The notes under the pieces: model-generated
The model's input: only the letters and a program-made list of their open reading frames with translations
The model's database searches: none
Told to the model about the DNA's origin: nothing
Program-made: the position numbers and the translations under genes
From: Nitrospirota bacterium
GTDB lineage: Bacteria; Nitrospirota; Thermodesulfovibrionia; Thermodesulfovibrionales; Dissulfurispiraceae
DNA length: 64,000 nt
NCBI GenBank assembly: GCA_963710375.1
Contig: CAVPZX010000003.1
Coordinates: 224,001 to 288,000, forward strand
Reading direction: 5' to 3'
Shown: positions 9,627-19,534 of the stretch, piece after piece
Position numbering within the stretch: the stretch's first letter is position 1
Layout of the letters: each line of letters begins with the position of its first letter

Positions 9627-12101
9627 ATGAAATTAAAAACCAAATTCATATTAATCGTCTCGATCTTTGTTATTACCATGCTGGCACTAGCCGCGTTCTT
9701 CACCTTTTCACACTACAAAAAATCCATTAAAACAACTATTGATCAGCAGCAATTCCTCATGGTCTCCATACTTGCAGCTGAAATTGACACTAAACTTTTG
9801 ACCGCTCAACAGGATCTTATCATGGTTGCAAAGGCCGCTCCCCCGGACATAATGCAAAATACTGAAAAGGCGCAGGCCTTCCTTGACAACAGGCCGATTA
9901 TGCACACATTATTCGACAATCATCTTTTCTTGTACACGCCATCAGGCAAAATATTCGTTGAATCACCATACATTCCCGGCAGAAGGGGACTGGACCTTTC
10001 TTTCCGCGAGTACATAATAAATACCCTTAAAACAAACAAACCCTATATCTCTGATCCGTATGTGTCCTCGCAGCCGCATAAACATCCGGTCATCGCCTTC
10101 ACAGTGCCTCTTTTTGACGCCAAAGGCAAAATAACGGGCATATTAGCCGGGAGCATCGACCTCATGAGGGATAACTTTCTGGGGAGAATAAGCACTGTAA
10201 ATATAGGTAAAGAAGGTTATCTCTATCTGACTGCCACGGACAGGACCTTGATTATGCATCCTGACAAGAAGAGGATCATGACAAAACTAACTCCCGGCTT
10301 TAACAGGCTTTACGATAAGGCCATAGAGGGATTTGAGGGCACTGACGAAACCATAACGTCATACGGTATAAAAATGGTTTCTTCTTTCAAGCGGCTGAAG
10401 GCAAAAAACTGGATCCTGGGTGCAAACTATCCTCAAGCTGAAGCATATAGTCCTATCCGGCAGGCGGAACACTATTTTTTAATCGCCACTATTGCAGGGA
10501 TCATAGCGGTATTTTTTATCATTTCCTTCATAATAAAATATTTGACAAAACCTCTTGAACTTTTCACCCGTCACGTTGAGGACCTTCCACAAAAAACAGG
10601 GGATGAGAGATTCCTGGACATAAAGACAAAAGATGAGATTGGAACGCTTTCCCTGGCATTCAATAAGATGGTGACCGAGATTGACAAGAGGTCGGCACTG
10701 CAGCGGAGTGAAGAGCTATACAGGACCGTCATAGAGTTTTCGACAGATTTAGTTTATTGGAGGGCCCCTGACAACAAAATAATCTACGTATCTGAAAACT
10801 GCGAAAAGTTCTGCGGCTATACAGAAGAAGAGTTCTATGCGTCCCCTGAGCTTCTGGAAACGATGATACATCCTGAGGACCGTAATATATGGTCAGAACA
10901 TACGCGTGACATAGAAAGTAAAAGCGTTTGCGAACAGTTGGAACTCCGCATTGTGACCAAGAGCGGCCAAGTCCGCTGGATCTCCCATAATTGCCTGCCG
11001 GTATACGATAAAAAAGGAAATTATCAGGGACGGCGTGCGATCCACCAGGATACCACCGTACACAAGCAGTTTGAGGAAGCGCTGATAAGATCGTATATGC
11101 AATTGGACCGCCGTGTAGAGGAACGCACAAATGAATTATCTATCGCTAACGCTGCGTTGCAAACAGAGATATATGAACGGAAACTGGCTGAAGCGTCCCT
11201 GCGGGATAGCGAGGAACGTTTGAGTCTGGCATTGAAAGCAGCAGGACAGTCTATTTTTGATTCTGATTTAAAAACAGGAGAAATTATAATAAGCCCTGAG
11301 TATGCCCTTATGCTTGGCTATGATCCCGCTGAATTTCACGAGACCACCACAAAATGGATTGATAGACTGCACCCTGATGACAAGGAGCTGATAGTTGCTG
11401 TTTACAGAGCGTATATCAAGGGTGAAATACCGGAATACAAAGTGGAGTTCAGGCAGAAGACAAAGGACGGCGGTTGGAAATGGATACTGTCTTTGGGCGA
11501 AATCATTAAACGTGATGCAGACGGCAATCCGCTGCGCATGATCGGAACTCATACTGATATTACCGAGCGTAAGCAAGCGGAAGAGAAGATTCGCCACTTG
11601 GCAACCCACGATGCGTTAACGAACTTGCCCAGTCTGAGACTGGCAAAAGACCGCATATTAATGGCCCTGGAACTGGCTAAGCGAAATAAAAAATTGGCGG
11701 CAATAATGTATCTAGATCTGGACGGCTTCAAGGATGTGAATGATAACTATGGGCATGACGCGGGGGATATCCTGCTTAAAGAGGTGGGGAAGCGCCTTCT
11801 TTCCTGTGTTCGCAAAGTCGATACGGTTGCCCGTATCGGTGGCGACGAATTTCTGCTGATCTTGACAGAACTGCAATCTACTGAATGCGCGGCGCTGATT
11901 GCCAAGAGAGCACTCCAGCTCATGTCCCAACCTTTTGACCTTTATGGCAGGCTGGCTACAGTTGGGGCAAGTATCGGGATCGCGTTCTACCCGGACCACG
12001 GCGATGATGCCGATAGTTTAATTAGGCTGGCAGATGAAGCTATGTATGTAATTAAACATTCCGGGAAAAACGGATACACTTTTGTTAATCCTGCGAAGTA
12101 G
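9627..12101 (+). CDS. Membrane-bound diguanylate cyclase (Cache-HAMP-PAS-PAS-GGDEF)
   Basis: Two TM helices flank a Cache-like domain; HAMP (DEIGTLSLAFNKM); PAS/PAC; DLDGFKDVND, RKVD I-site and GGDEF. Start moved to MKLKTK. Confidence 0.92.
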   Translation: MKLKTKFILIVSIFVITMLALAAFFTFSHYKKSIKTTIDQQQFLMVSILAAEIDTKLLTAQQDLIMVAKAAPPDIMQNTEKAQAFLDNRPIMHTLFDNHLFLYTPSGKIFVESPYIPGRRGLDLSFREYIINTLKTNKPYISDPYVSSQPHKHPVIAFTVPLFDAKGKITGILAGSIDLMRDNFLGRISTVNIGKEGYLYLTATDRTLIMHPDKKRIMTKLTPGFNRLYDKAIEGFEGTDETITSYGIKMVSSFKRLKAKNWILGANYPQAEAYSPIRQAEHYFLIATIAGIIAVFFIISFIIKYLTKPLELFTRHVEDLPQKTGDERFLDIKTKDEIGTLSLAFNKMVTEIDKRSALQRSEELYRTVIEFSTDLVYWRAPDNKIIYVSENCEKFCGYTEEEFYASPELLETMIHPEDRNIWSEHTRDIESKSVCEQLELRIVTKSGQVRWISHNCLPVYDKKGNYQGRRAIHQDTTVHKQFEEALIRSYMQLDRRVEERTNELSIANAALQTEIYERKLAEASLRDSEERLSLALKAAGQSIFDSDLKTGEIIISPEYALMLGYDPAEFHETTTKWIDRLHPDDKELIVAVYRAYIKGEIPEYKVEFRQKTKDGGWKWILSLGEIIKRDADGNPLRMIGTHTDITERKQAEEKIRHLATHDALTNLPSLRLAKDRILMALELAKRNKKLAAIMYLDLDGFKDVNDNYGHDAGDILLKEVGKRLLSCVRKVDTVARIGGDEFLLILTELQSTECAALIAKRALQLMSQPFDLYGRLATVGASIGIAFYPDHGDDADSLIRLADEAMYVIKHSGKNGYTFVNPAK

Positions 12102-12115
12102 TCTTTGATTTCGGG

Positions 12116-13328
12116 CTACAGTGGAACTATTCTCAGAAATTTTCTTTTTCCGGCTTTTATAAGATAACTGCCTTTTGCTATCTTCATGTTGGGGTCATCA
12201 ACCTTCTGTTCATCTATACTGACTGCGCCCTGTTTTATAAGCCTCATTGCCTCGCCTGTGCCTGAGACGAGTCCCGATGTTTTTAGGATCTGTGGAAGCC
12301 ACATGTTTTCCTCACTCCAGTGAAGCTCAAAAACAGGGATTTCATCAGGGGTCCCTTTTTCTTTAAAGACCTTGTCGAATTCCTCCTTGGCATGAAACGC
12401 AGCTTCCTTTCCCCAATATCTATCCACGAGTTCGAGGGCAAGGTCTTCTTTTGCTTTTTTTGGATGCAGAGTTGCGGACCGCAGACCCTCTTTGAGGTCA
12501 TGCAAAGCCTCATTGGTGATGTGGCTCAGCAGTTCGTAATACTTGATCATTATAGTATCATTAATGGATAGCAGTTTCCCGTACATGTCTTTCGGTGGGT
12601 CAAAAATTCCGACATAGTTGCCCAGACTTTTCGACATCTTTTTCACGCCGTCGAGCCCCTCCAGCAGCGGCATGATCACAAGCGCTTGCGGAGGCTGGCC
12701 GTATTCCTGCTGCAACTCTCTGCCCATCAGCAGATTGAAGCGCTGGTCCGTGCCTCCCAGTTCCACGTCTGCACTTAGGGCCACAGAGTCGTATCCCTGA
12801 AGCAACGGGTACATGAATTCGTGTATTCCTATCGGACTCTGGCTGTTAAACCGCTGCTTGAAATCTTCACGCTCAAGCATTCGCGCCACAGTTTGTTTCG
12901 CCTGCAGTCTTACTATCTCCATCGCAGTCATCTTCATCAACCATTCACTATTGAACCGGATAAGTGTCTTTTCCGGATCAAGTATTTTAAATACCTGTTC
13001 CTTATAGGTTTCGGCGTTTTTTAACACGTCCTCTCTTGTCAAAGGCTTTCTCGTCTCGGATTTGCCGGTTGGATCACCGATTATACCGGTAAAATCCCCT
13101 ATCAGGAAAATGATTTCGTGACCCAGTTCCTGAAACTGGCGCATCTTCTCAAGCAGTACGGTGTGGCCGAGATGAATATCGGGAGCTGTCGGGTCAAACC
13201 CCGCTTTTACACGCAAGGGTTTTCTTTCTTTGCAGGATTTCTCGAGTTTGTGGAGCAGACTCTTTTTCGAGGATGATTTCTACAGTTCCTCTCTTGATTG
13301 TGGCCAACTGTTCTTCAGGAGAAAGCAT
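12116..13328 (-). CDS. tyrS: Tyrosyl-tRNA synthetase (apparent +1 frameshift at about 13259)
   Basis: [18 protein letters not shown] and a C-terminal S4 domain. The N-terminus [23 protein letters not shown] lies in another frame and joins when one base is removed at 13257-13261. Confidence 0.93.
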
Positions 13329-13383
13329 GGCTACTATAATAAAATTTGCAGGCTGGCCAGGTCAAATAAGGAGCGCATGCTGC

Positions 13384-13995
13384 TCAGGACTTCAGACAGA
13401 TAATTTTCTTGGGTCCATTAGCCAAAGCACGGACATGGTGGACGTTGGGATGTTTGTAATGCTCCTTATTGAAATAGGCAATGAGTTTTTTGACCAGGAT
13501 GTCCGGGTCTTTGCCGTATATCACTTTGGCGCCGGTCCTTTTCTTCACGATTTTGACGATATTCCTGATTTCAGATGCAATGCCGCCACTGCTGTCAATG
13601 ACGCCGATTAACTTGCCCTCGTCGTAAGCTATCGCGAATTCACCGAGAGTGCCTGAACGACCTCCGATTATAACTACGATGTCGGAGCTTCGTATATTCA
13701 CAACCTCTCTGCCCATGAGCCCGCTTCCCGTATATATCAGCACATCATGGTACTCTAGAGGAGAATGGTATCTGTTCACGTGTTCCAGTTCGCTCAGCGC
13801 AGGTGAAATGCCGACTACTATCCCGCCAGCCTCATGTGCTCCCTTTGCAGCCTCAAGAGGCAAGCCGGGACAGGCCCCGGTAATGGTCATGCAGTCGTTT
13901 TGAGCGATGGCATAGCCCAATTTATAAGCGATCTTCTTTTGACTATTTAAAATGGTCCCGGTTGCAGACCCCATAACGCCGATTTTTAATTTCAT
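13384..13995 (-). CDS. LOG-family nucleotide-binding protein
   Basis: KIGVMGSA, TGACPG, REVVNIRSSD, GGRSGTLGE; RBS GGAGG upstream of the ATG at 13995. Confidence 0.8.
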   Translation of the reverse strand: MKLKIGVMGSATGTILNSQKKIAYKLGYAIAQNDCMTITGACPGLPLEAAKGAHEAGGIVVGISPALSELEHVNRYHSPLEYHDVLIYTGSGLMGREVVNIRSSDIVVIIGGRSGTLGEFAIAYDEGKLIGVIDSSGGIASEIRNIVKIVKKRTGAKVIYGKDPDILVKKLIAYFNKEHYKHPNVHHVRALANGPKKIICLKS

Positions 13996-14026
13996 ATCCA
14001 CCCTCCGATAAATGATTAAAAAACTT

Positions 14027-14133
14027 AACCACTGAGGCACTGAGACACAGAGTTAGACGAGAGCAAAAAAGAAAAAAATCCTTTCCTTTTTAAATGCCAT
14101 CATCTTTTTCTGTGCCTCTGTGTCTCTGTGGTT
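14027..14133. repeat. Palindrome of tandem 9-mers (CACWGAGRC-type)
   Basis: AACCACTGAGGCACTGAGACACAGAG ... TCTGTGCCTCTGTGTCTCTGTGGTT around an A/T-rich spacer. Confidence 0.75.
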
Positions 14134-14263
14134 TCACAGTTTTATCTTCTTTTTTCATGAAGCTTTTGACATTACCAAGATTTTCATTTTTGAACTTTTC
14201 ACACTTCATCGTATCCGCAATTATACCAGTTTCATATATTGCGAATCTCAGGAAGCACTGCGC

Positions 14264-14292
14264 TTGACAAGGAACGGTCGCTTTGCTAATGT
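14264..14292 (+). promoter_or_regulatory. Sigma70-type promoter of the ECF Ni/Co operon
   Basis: TTGACA, 17-nt spacer ending TGC (extended -10), TAATGT. Confidence 0.65.
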
Positions 14293-14298
14293 ATAAGC

Positions 14299-14348
14299 AG
14301 GCCATGAAGGCTTGGACCACGAAGGTTATGGAGCTTTCGTGGTTTTTT
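14299..14348 (+). promoter_or_regulatory. Leader attenuator: twin CC-AYGAA-GG hairpins overlapping an intrinsic terminator
   Basis: AGGCC-ATGAA-GGCTT and GACC-ACGAA-GGTT; terminator ACCACGAAGG/CTTTCGTGGT followed by a T run. Confidence 0.6.
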
Positions 14349-14376
14349 ATTTGTGGAAGGGTAAGGGGTGCTTATT

Positions 14377-14712
14377 ATGACACCATTTCAGAAAAAGCTG
14401 CTGGCTGGACTTTTGATAATGGCGGTTCTTTCGCCTCTTGGCATTTTGCTTCCCAAACAGTTCAGCGCCGGGGACGCATGGGGAGAATGGGACATAGGTA
14501 AGATCGAAAGGCTTATCGGGTATGTGCCGGAAGGCATGAAAAAAATTGCCGGGATATGGAAGGCGCCTGTCCGCGACTATAATTTCGGCGGAGAGAACTC
14601 GCCTCTGGTTGCACAGGCGCTTTATTATATTATTTCTGGGTTTTTAGGAATCATTGTTGCGGGCAGCGTCGTTTATCTGATTTCCAGATTGTTTGTGAAG
14701 AATGGAAAATAA
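14377..14712 (+). CDS. PDGLE-domain (NikN/CbiN-like) membrane component of a Ni/Co ECF transporter
   Basis: LSPLGILLP..GDAWGEW...WKAPVRDY with two TM segments; precedes cbiQ and cbiO. Confidence 0.75.
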   Translation: MTPFQKKLLAGLLIMAVLSPLGILLPKQFSAGDAWGEWDIGKIERLIGYVPEGMKKIAGIWKAPVRDYNFGGENSPLVAQALYYIISGFLGIIVAGSVVYLISRLFVKNGK

Positions 14713-15640
14713 TATCCCCTCTTTTCTTTTGGAAAGACACGCCCCGGGCCTGCCCATATTCAAAACATCCAAAAAATCATCCCTGAGGAGTTCTTTTGTC
14801 GATAAGGGACTAAGTTACATTGCCGGAGTGGTCAAGGCAGGTTATGTCCAATGGGAACTGGCATCGACAAAAGGTTTTCTTCAGAAATTCGACGCGAGGG
14901 CTAAAGTCTTTTTCTTATTGTTTTTCATAGGTATCATAAGTTTTAAACAGTCGGTCTATGCCGAAGTGAGCGTAGGGATATTCATCTTTGCCCTTGCTGT
15001 CTTTTCAGGGATAAATGTTGCAGACTTTTATAGAAGAGTGTTATTTTTCGGGTTTTTTTTTGGCTTTATAATTGCGCTTCCGGCTTCCCTGAATACTATC
15101 ACCGGCGGGGAACTCGTCGTGCGTCTGGTCGAACTCCCGAAGCCGTATGATTTTTTGGGTTATCATATTCCCAGGCTGATCGGCATCACAAGGCAAGGCA
15201 TTACCGGTGTCATGATGCTCACGCTCAGGGTAGCAAATTCGGTGGCCCTGTCGTTACTGGTGATCTCTACGACACCATTCCCTTCGCTGGTCAAGGCTTT
15301 AAAGGTGTTGAGAGTGCCCGATGTTTTTTTAATGATACTTACATTGACCTATAAATATATTTTTATTTTTGCCGGAACGATTGAAGATATGTATCTCGCA
15401 AAAAAAAGTCGTCTGGCCGGGCGGGCGAACGGAGTTGACGGGCGCATATGGGTTGCCGGCAGAATAGCATTTATTTTCAAAAAAACGCAGCTGCGATGCG
15501 AGGAAGTGTTCAAGGCCATGCTGTCTCGCGGTTTTTCAGATGATATGCGATTTTACGGCTGCCGGCTTTTCGGAACGGGAGACCGGCTCTTTACCGTGTT
15601 CATACTTTTTTCAGGTACCATCATTTGTGCCTGTCTATAA
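14702..15640 (+). CDS. cbiQ: ECF transporter T component (CbiQ/NikQ)
   Basis: Polytopic membrane protein with LQKFDARAK, LAKKSR and AMLSRGF motifs. Confidence 0.85.
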   Translation: MENNIPSFLLERHAPGLPIFKTSKKSSLRSSFVDKGLSYIAGVVKAGYVQWELASTKGFLQKFDARAKVFFLLFFIGIISFKQSVYAEVSVGIFIFALAVFSGINVADFYRRVLFFGFFFGFIIALPASLNTITGGELVVRLVELPKPYDFLGYHIPRLIGITRQGITGVMMLTLRVANSVALSLLVISTTPFPSLVKALKVLRVPDVFLMILTLTYKYIFIFAGTIEDMYLAKKSRLAGRANGVDGRIWVAGRIAFIFKKTQLRCEEVFKAMLSRGFSDDMRFYGCRLFGTGDRLFTVFILFSGTIICACL

Positions 15641-15654
15641 AGAAACTATAAAAT

Positions 15655-15761
15655 AGTGAATCGTGAAATGTGAAAGGTGAATAGTTAAAAGCTAAAGATT
15701 TTTTTGTTTTGTGTTTTGTCTTGAGCCGTGTACTATTCACCATTTACCTTTCACTATTCAC
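15655..15761. repeat. Heptamer (GTGAAWN) tandem-repeat palindrome, copy 1
   Basis: GTGAATCGTGAAATGTGAAAGGTGAATAGT...ACTATTCACCATTTACCTTTCACTATTCAC; similar over its full length to the reverse complement of 58281-58384. Confidence 0.8.
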
Positions 15762-15779
15762 ATTTTGGTGAGGTGATGT

Positions 15780-16616
15780 GTGGAACCTATATTAAGGATT
15801 GAAAACGTAAGCTATCGTTATTACGACAGGATTCCAGCCCTTATAGATGTCAGCCTGAGCATAAGTGCCGGCGAGCGTTTCGCTGTTATAGGAGCAAACG
15901 GAAGCGGAAAATCTACGCTCCTGCAGATAATGGGCGGTCTTATCTATCCTTCAAAGCCTTCTGCGTCTTCGGGATCCCTGGACGGATTTGTCTATTTTAA
16001 AGGCAATGAGGTATCGGAGAAAACGCTGCGTGGCGAGGATTTCCTGCGCTATTTCCGGTGCAGCGTCGGCTTCGTATTCCAGGATTCCGACGTACAGCTT
16101 TTTAGTCCTACAGTGCTTGATGAAGTGCTTTATGGCCCGTTGCAGTTGCATATGAATGAAACTGAAGCGCTAGACAGGGCGTCTGAAGTAATGAAGATGC
16201 TGAATATCGAAGGATTGAAAGAGAGGCCGTCTTATATGCTTTCCGGTGGTGAAAAAAAGCGTGTCGCAATCGCTTCAGTCCTTACCATGAACCCGGAAGT
16301 CCTGCTTTTCGATGAGCCGACAAGTGGTCTCGATCCGAGGACGCAGTGTTTTCTTATGGAACTTCTTGTGGCCTTGAACGAGGCGGGGAAAACAATCGTG
16401 ATAGCTACTCATGATCTTTCACTTGTCGGAGAACTGCACGCAAAGGTGGCTGTTTTATCCGAAGACCACAGTATCGAGAAGACAGGCAGTTCTGATGATA
16501 TCCTGAGAGATGAGGAGCTGCTTTTGAAAGTGAATTTAATACACGAACATATTCATTTCCATGGTAAAACAGCCCATACCCATCTGCATTCACACTTTCT
16601 TTTTCATCAGCATTAG
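15780..16616 (+). CDS. cbiO: ECF transporter ATPase (CbiO/NikO) with His-rich C-terminus
   Basis: GANGSGKS, LSGGEKKRVA, LLFDEP; tail HEHIHFHGKTAHTHLHSHFLFHQH. Confidence 0.88.
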   Translation: MEPILRIENVSYRYYDRIPALIDVSLSISAGERFAVIGANGSGKSTLLQIMGGLIYPSKPSASSGSLDGFVYFKGNEVSEKTLRGEDFLRYFRCSVGFVFQDSDVQLFSPTVLDEVLYGPLQLHMNETEALDRASEVMKMLNIEGLKERPSYMLSGGEKKRVAIASVLTMNPEVLLFDEPTSGLDPRTQCFLMELLVALNEAGKTIVIATHDLSLVGELHAKVAVLSEDHSIEKTGSSDDILRDEELLLKVNLIHEHIHFHGKTAHTHLHSHFLFHQH

Positions 16617-16699
16617 TGTTGAGCCGCTCGAATTAAAAAAATAATCAAAGACAGACCAATGTGATAACAACACAGGATTTCCTGCAGGCGCTATAGTAC

Positions 16700-17200
16700 C
16701 TAGATCGGGCAAATACCATCCCGTTTACATTGTTCTTCTTTCCTGCGAAGCTCAAGCCGTGCCTTCCTACGCATGATCGCCTCTTGATTTCTTCTTCTAT
16801 CGTCATCTGTATCCAGTATCAGCTCGGGCACTTGCGTAGGTTTTCCATCAGGACCAAGAGCAACAAATGTTAGATATGCCGACGATGTATGCCTGATCTC
16901 GCCCGTAATGGAGTTTTCAGCCTCAACCCTGACACCAATCTCCATCGAGGTCTTGCCAACCATATTAATGCACGCCTTAAGCCAAAGCAGATCACCCACG
17001 AATACAGGATTATGGAAGGCCATCATATCTATAGAAGCGGTGACCGTGTTTGATCGAGCATGACGACTAGATACTACACCTGCTGCTGTATCAATCAGCT
17101 TCATTATCACGCCACCATGCACATTACCGGCCGGATTTGCATCCTGAGGCAGCATAACTTGAGCCATCACTACTGAGCTTTCCTTTATGGTTTTTTTCAT
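16700..17200 (-). CDS. Acyl-CoA thioesterase (HotDog, YciA-like)
   Basis: PQDANPAGNVHGGVIMKLID, VTASID, AYLTFVAL. Confidence 0.9.
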   Translation of the reverse strand: MKKTIKESSVVMAQVMLPQDANPAGNVHGGVIMKLIDTAAGVVSSRHARSNTVTASIDMMAFHNPVFVGDLLWLKACINMVGKTSMEIGVRVEAENSITGEIRHTSSAYLTFVALGPDGKPTQVPELILDTDDDRRRNQEAIMRRKARLELRRKEEQCKRDGICPI

Positions 17201-17230
17201 GTAGCCTCCTTCAGACGTTCTACGCTGCTC

Positions 17231-17500
17231 TCACTCCTTGTCCTCCGTTTTATACAGCTGGTACTGGATAGCGTCTATGCCCTTCATAATTAGCTCTGCC
17301 AGCTCAATAACTCGCATAAAGCGACCCTGCCGCTCTTGATCCGTTAGTGCCCTAATCGCAAGGCGGAGTTGGTCCGCCTGCTTTTGTGTCTGCCTGACGA
17401 TATGCTTTGCCGCTTCATTCCGCTTGTCATTGCGCGCTAATTGCCCCTGAATCTCCTCAGCCGACAACTTCACTTTCGGGGGTTTAGAATCATCTGCCAT
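17231..17500 (-). CDS. Hypothetical helical protein, 89 aa
   Basis: Clean ORF with AGGAGG RBS; no family recognised. Confidence 0.6.
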   Translation of the reverse strand: MADDSKPPKVKLSAEEIQGQLARNDKRNEAAKHIVRQTQKQADQLRLAIRALTDQERQGRFMRVIELAELIMKGIDAIQYQLYKTEDKE

Positions 17501-17588
17501 GCTTATGGCCTCCTAACATAACTGATTTCGCAAACTATAGTCATGGTCTCAATAACCTGCACTACACAGTCATGAGAAATTGCCTTAC

Positions 17589-17885
17589 TTATGCGATCTT
17601 CAGTTCTTTTCGAATCTTTTCAGCAACCCATTGCCGCATCAGCGTTTGGTACGGGATGCCCCTTTTCGTTGCCACCTTCTTGATCGAAATTAGATAAAGC
17701 GGGTCAAGCTTAATGGTAACATTTTGCAGCTTGCGCCTCCGCTTGCCTGTCACAATATCCTTTGCAAGCGCCTCATCCAGACTAATGGCAATATCCCCAG
17801 CTATGATCTCGCCAAGAACACCTTGTTTATCATAATATTCCTCATCTGTCATTGTCTTTTCCGCCCTAGCTTTCATAATCTTCAT
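17589..17885 (-). CDS. CopG/BrnA-like ribbon-helix-helix antitoxin
   Basis: NVTIKLD...IKKVATKRGIPYQTLMRQWV; lies directly downstream of the BrnT-like gene. Confidence 0.82.
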   Translation of the reverse strand: MKIMKARAEKTMTDEEYYDKQGVLGEIIAGDIAISLDEALAKDIVTGKRRRKLQNVTIKLDPLYLISIKKVATKRGIPYQTLMRQWVAEKIRKELKIA

Positions 17886-17897
17886 CTCCTTCCGGGC

Positions 17898-18170
17898 TTA
17901 GCCCTGGTGTTTCTGCCAGTATCTGATCTCGGTCCTGTCCATGTCCCATCCGGTAATAACTCTTGCTACACTGTTCTGTTGAAACTCAAACACAATGGTG
18001 AGATAACGCCCTTCATGTGTTGGCCCCATTGCGACGTAGTGTCCTCTCTTCGTCTTTCGGTACAAAGGCTTATAAACAAAAACTTCCTCCGCCTCCTCGG
18101 GTTTCACTCCATGACCCAATTCAAGGTGAACGACGTTACCCTCATCCCATTCAAAATCCTTTATCCTCAA
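17898..18170 (-). CDS. BrnT-family toxin (RNase)
   Basis: FEWDEGNVVHL..HGVKPEEAEEVF...GRYLTIVF...ARVITGWDM. Confidence 0.85.
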   Translation of the reverse strand: MRIKDFEWDEGNVVHLELGHGVKPEEAEEVFVYKPLYRKTKRGHYVAMGPTHEGRYLTIVFEFQQNSVARVITGWDMDRTEIRYWQKHQG

Positions 18171-18195
18171 TGATGACTCCTTCTAAGAGTAATAC

Positions 18196-18224
18196 ATTGT
18201 AGGACTTTTTGCTAGGAATGTCAA
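18196..18224 (-). promoter_or_regulatory. Sigma70 promoter of the BrnT-type TA operon
   Basis: TTGACA-17 nt-TACAAT on the minus strand; the -10 box sits in a TACAATGTA near-palindrome, a possible operator. Confidence 0.75.
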
Positions 18225-18357
18225 CATCATAGAGCGGGTCCGGATGAATTGGTCAATAGCCGGTTAGTGATGTTATAATAAAAGAGTTGTTGCTTTTAGA
18301 GTGTCGTCGATTGTGTCTGCTATTAAACACCAGTACGTTAAGGAGGGAGTGTTCTTT

Positions 18358-18558
18358 ATGAATGAACTGGAGAAACTCGAAAAATTGTTTTACCACTGGA
18401 AGGAACATAATATGGAACATGCTGAGACATACCGGAAGTGGGCCGATAAAACTGCTCGCCTCGGTCAGCATAAGTTGTCTGAAATTCTTGCCCGCCTCTC
18501 TGACGATACTAAGGCCATGGACAAGCTTTTTGATGAGGGTGCCCAGTCGATAAGATAG
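18358..18558 (+). CDS. Small His-containing helical protein, possible metal binder
   Basis: HWKEHNMEHAETYRKWA motif; RBS AAGGAGG upstream. Confidence 0.65.
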   Translation: MNELEKLEKLFYHWKEHNMEHAETYRKWADKTARLGQHKLSEILARLSDDTKAMDKLFDEGAQSIR

Positions 18559-18595
18559 GCGAGATTCCTTTTTCTGCAGGCTGCTTGACAACATA

Positions 18596-19534
18596 ATGGC
18601 AATGGGAAACGGAAGTCGGAAGATAAATGACATCATAGAGTTTCTTTCAGGATATCTGCATGGAAAGGAGCAGGCGCTAAGGCTGTCGCTCATTGTTTTT
18701 TTTTCGAAAGGGCATCTTCTTATAGAAGATTTACCTGGACTGGGCAAAACGACTCTGGCCATTGCAATAGCGAAGGCGCTTGGTCTTGATTTCGGAAGGA
18801 TACAGTGTACCAGTGATCTTTTGCCCACAGACATCACCGGACTCTCAATTTATAACAAAAATACCGGAGAATTTGAATTTCGCTCCGGACCTGTATTCAA
18901 TAATATTGTCCTGATAGATGAAATTAACCGGGCTACGCCAAAGACGCAAAGCGCGCTTATAGAGAGCATGGGCGAAAAACAGGCGACGATCGAGCGGCAG
19001 ACCTACCGTTTGCCTCAGCCTTTCTTCGTCATCGCTACGCAGAATCCAGTAGAGCAGTTCGGCACCTTTCCTCTTCCTGAATCCCAGTTAGATCGTTTCA
19101 TGATGAAAATAAGCATAGGCTACCCTACAAGGCAAGCTGAAAAAGAGATTTTAAGGGGAGGCAGCAGGAGGGAGGAGTTATACAGCATAAAGCCTATGAT
19201 GGATAAAAATGAAGTGCTTGCTATAAATGAGGACATAAGAAATAAAGTATACGTTTCGGACAAGATACTGGAGTACATGCTCTCTATTATCGAGGCGACG
19301 CGGAACACCAAATATCTGGCGGCCGGTCTTTCTACGAGGGGGGCGCTGGCAATTCAAAATACTGCGAGGACCAATGCCTACTTTAATGGAAGGGATTTTG
19401 TTATTCCTGAAGATATCAAAGAACTTGCGGAGTATCTGATACCCCACAGGGTTATTTTCAGGGATGAATATGAACACCTTGAAAAAAGGGAGATCGTGCA
19501 ATCACTATTAGAAGAGATAGCGGCCCCGGCGTAA
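18596..19534 (+). CDS. MoxR-family AAA+ ATPase
   Basis: HLLIEDLPGLGKT, RIQCTSDLLPTD, DEINRATPKTQSAL, ATQNP, LPESQLDRF. Confidence 0.93.
   Translation: MAMGNGSRKINDIIEFLSGYLHGKEQALRLSLIVFFSKGHLLIEDLPGLGKTTLAIAIAKALGLDFGRIQCTSDLLPTDITGLSIYNKNTGEFEFRSGPVFNNIVLIDEINRATPKTQSALIESMGEKQATIERQTYRLPQPFFVIATQNPVEQFGTFPLPESQLDRFMMKISIGYPTRQAEKEILRGGSRREELYSIKPMMDKNEVLAINEDIRNKVYVSDKILEYMLSIIEATRNTKYLAAGLSTRGALAIQNTARTNAYFNGRDFVIPEDIKELAEYLIPHRVIFRDEYEHLEKREIVQSLLEEIAAPA

Noticed and set aside
14290..14350. NiCo or cobalamin riboswitch
   Set aside because: Only about 50 nt lie between promoter and terminator, too short for either aptamer; the AGCAGGC match is incidental.
15655..15761. CRISPR array (also the other short-repeat tracts)
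   Set aside because: Units are 6-9 nt, contiguous and mirrored, with no unique spacers and no cas genes.
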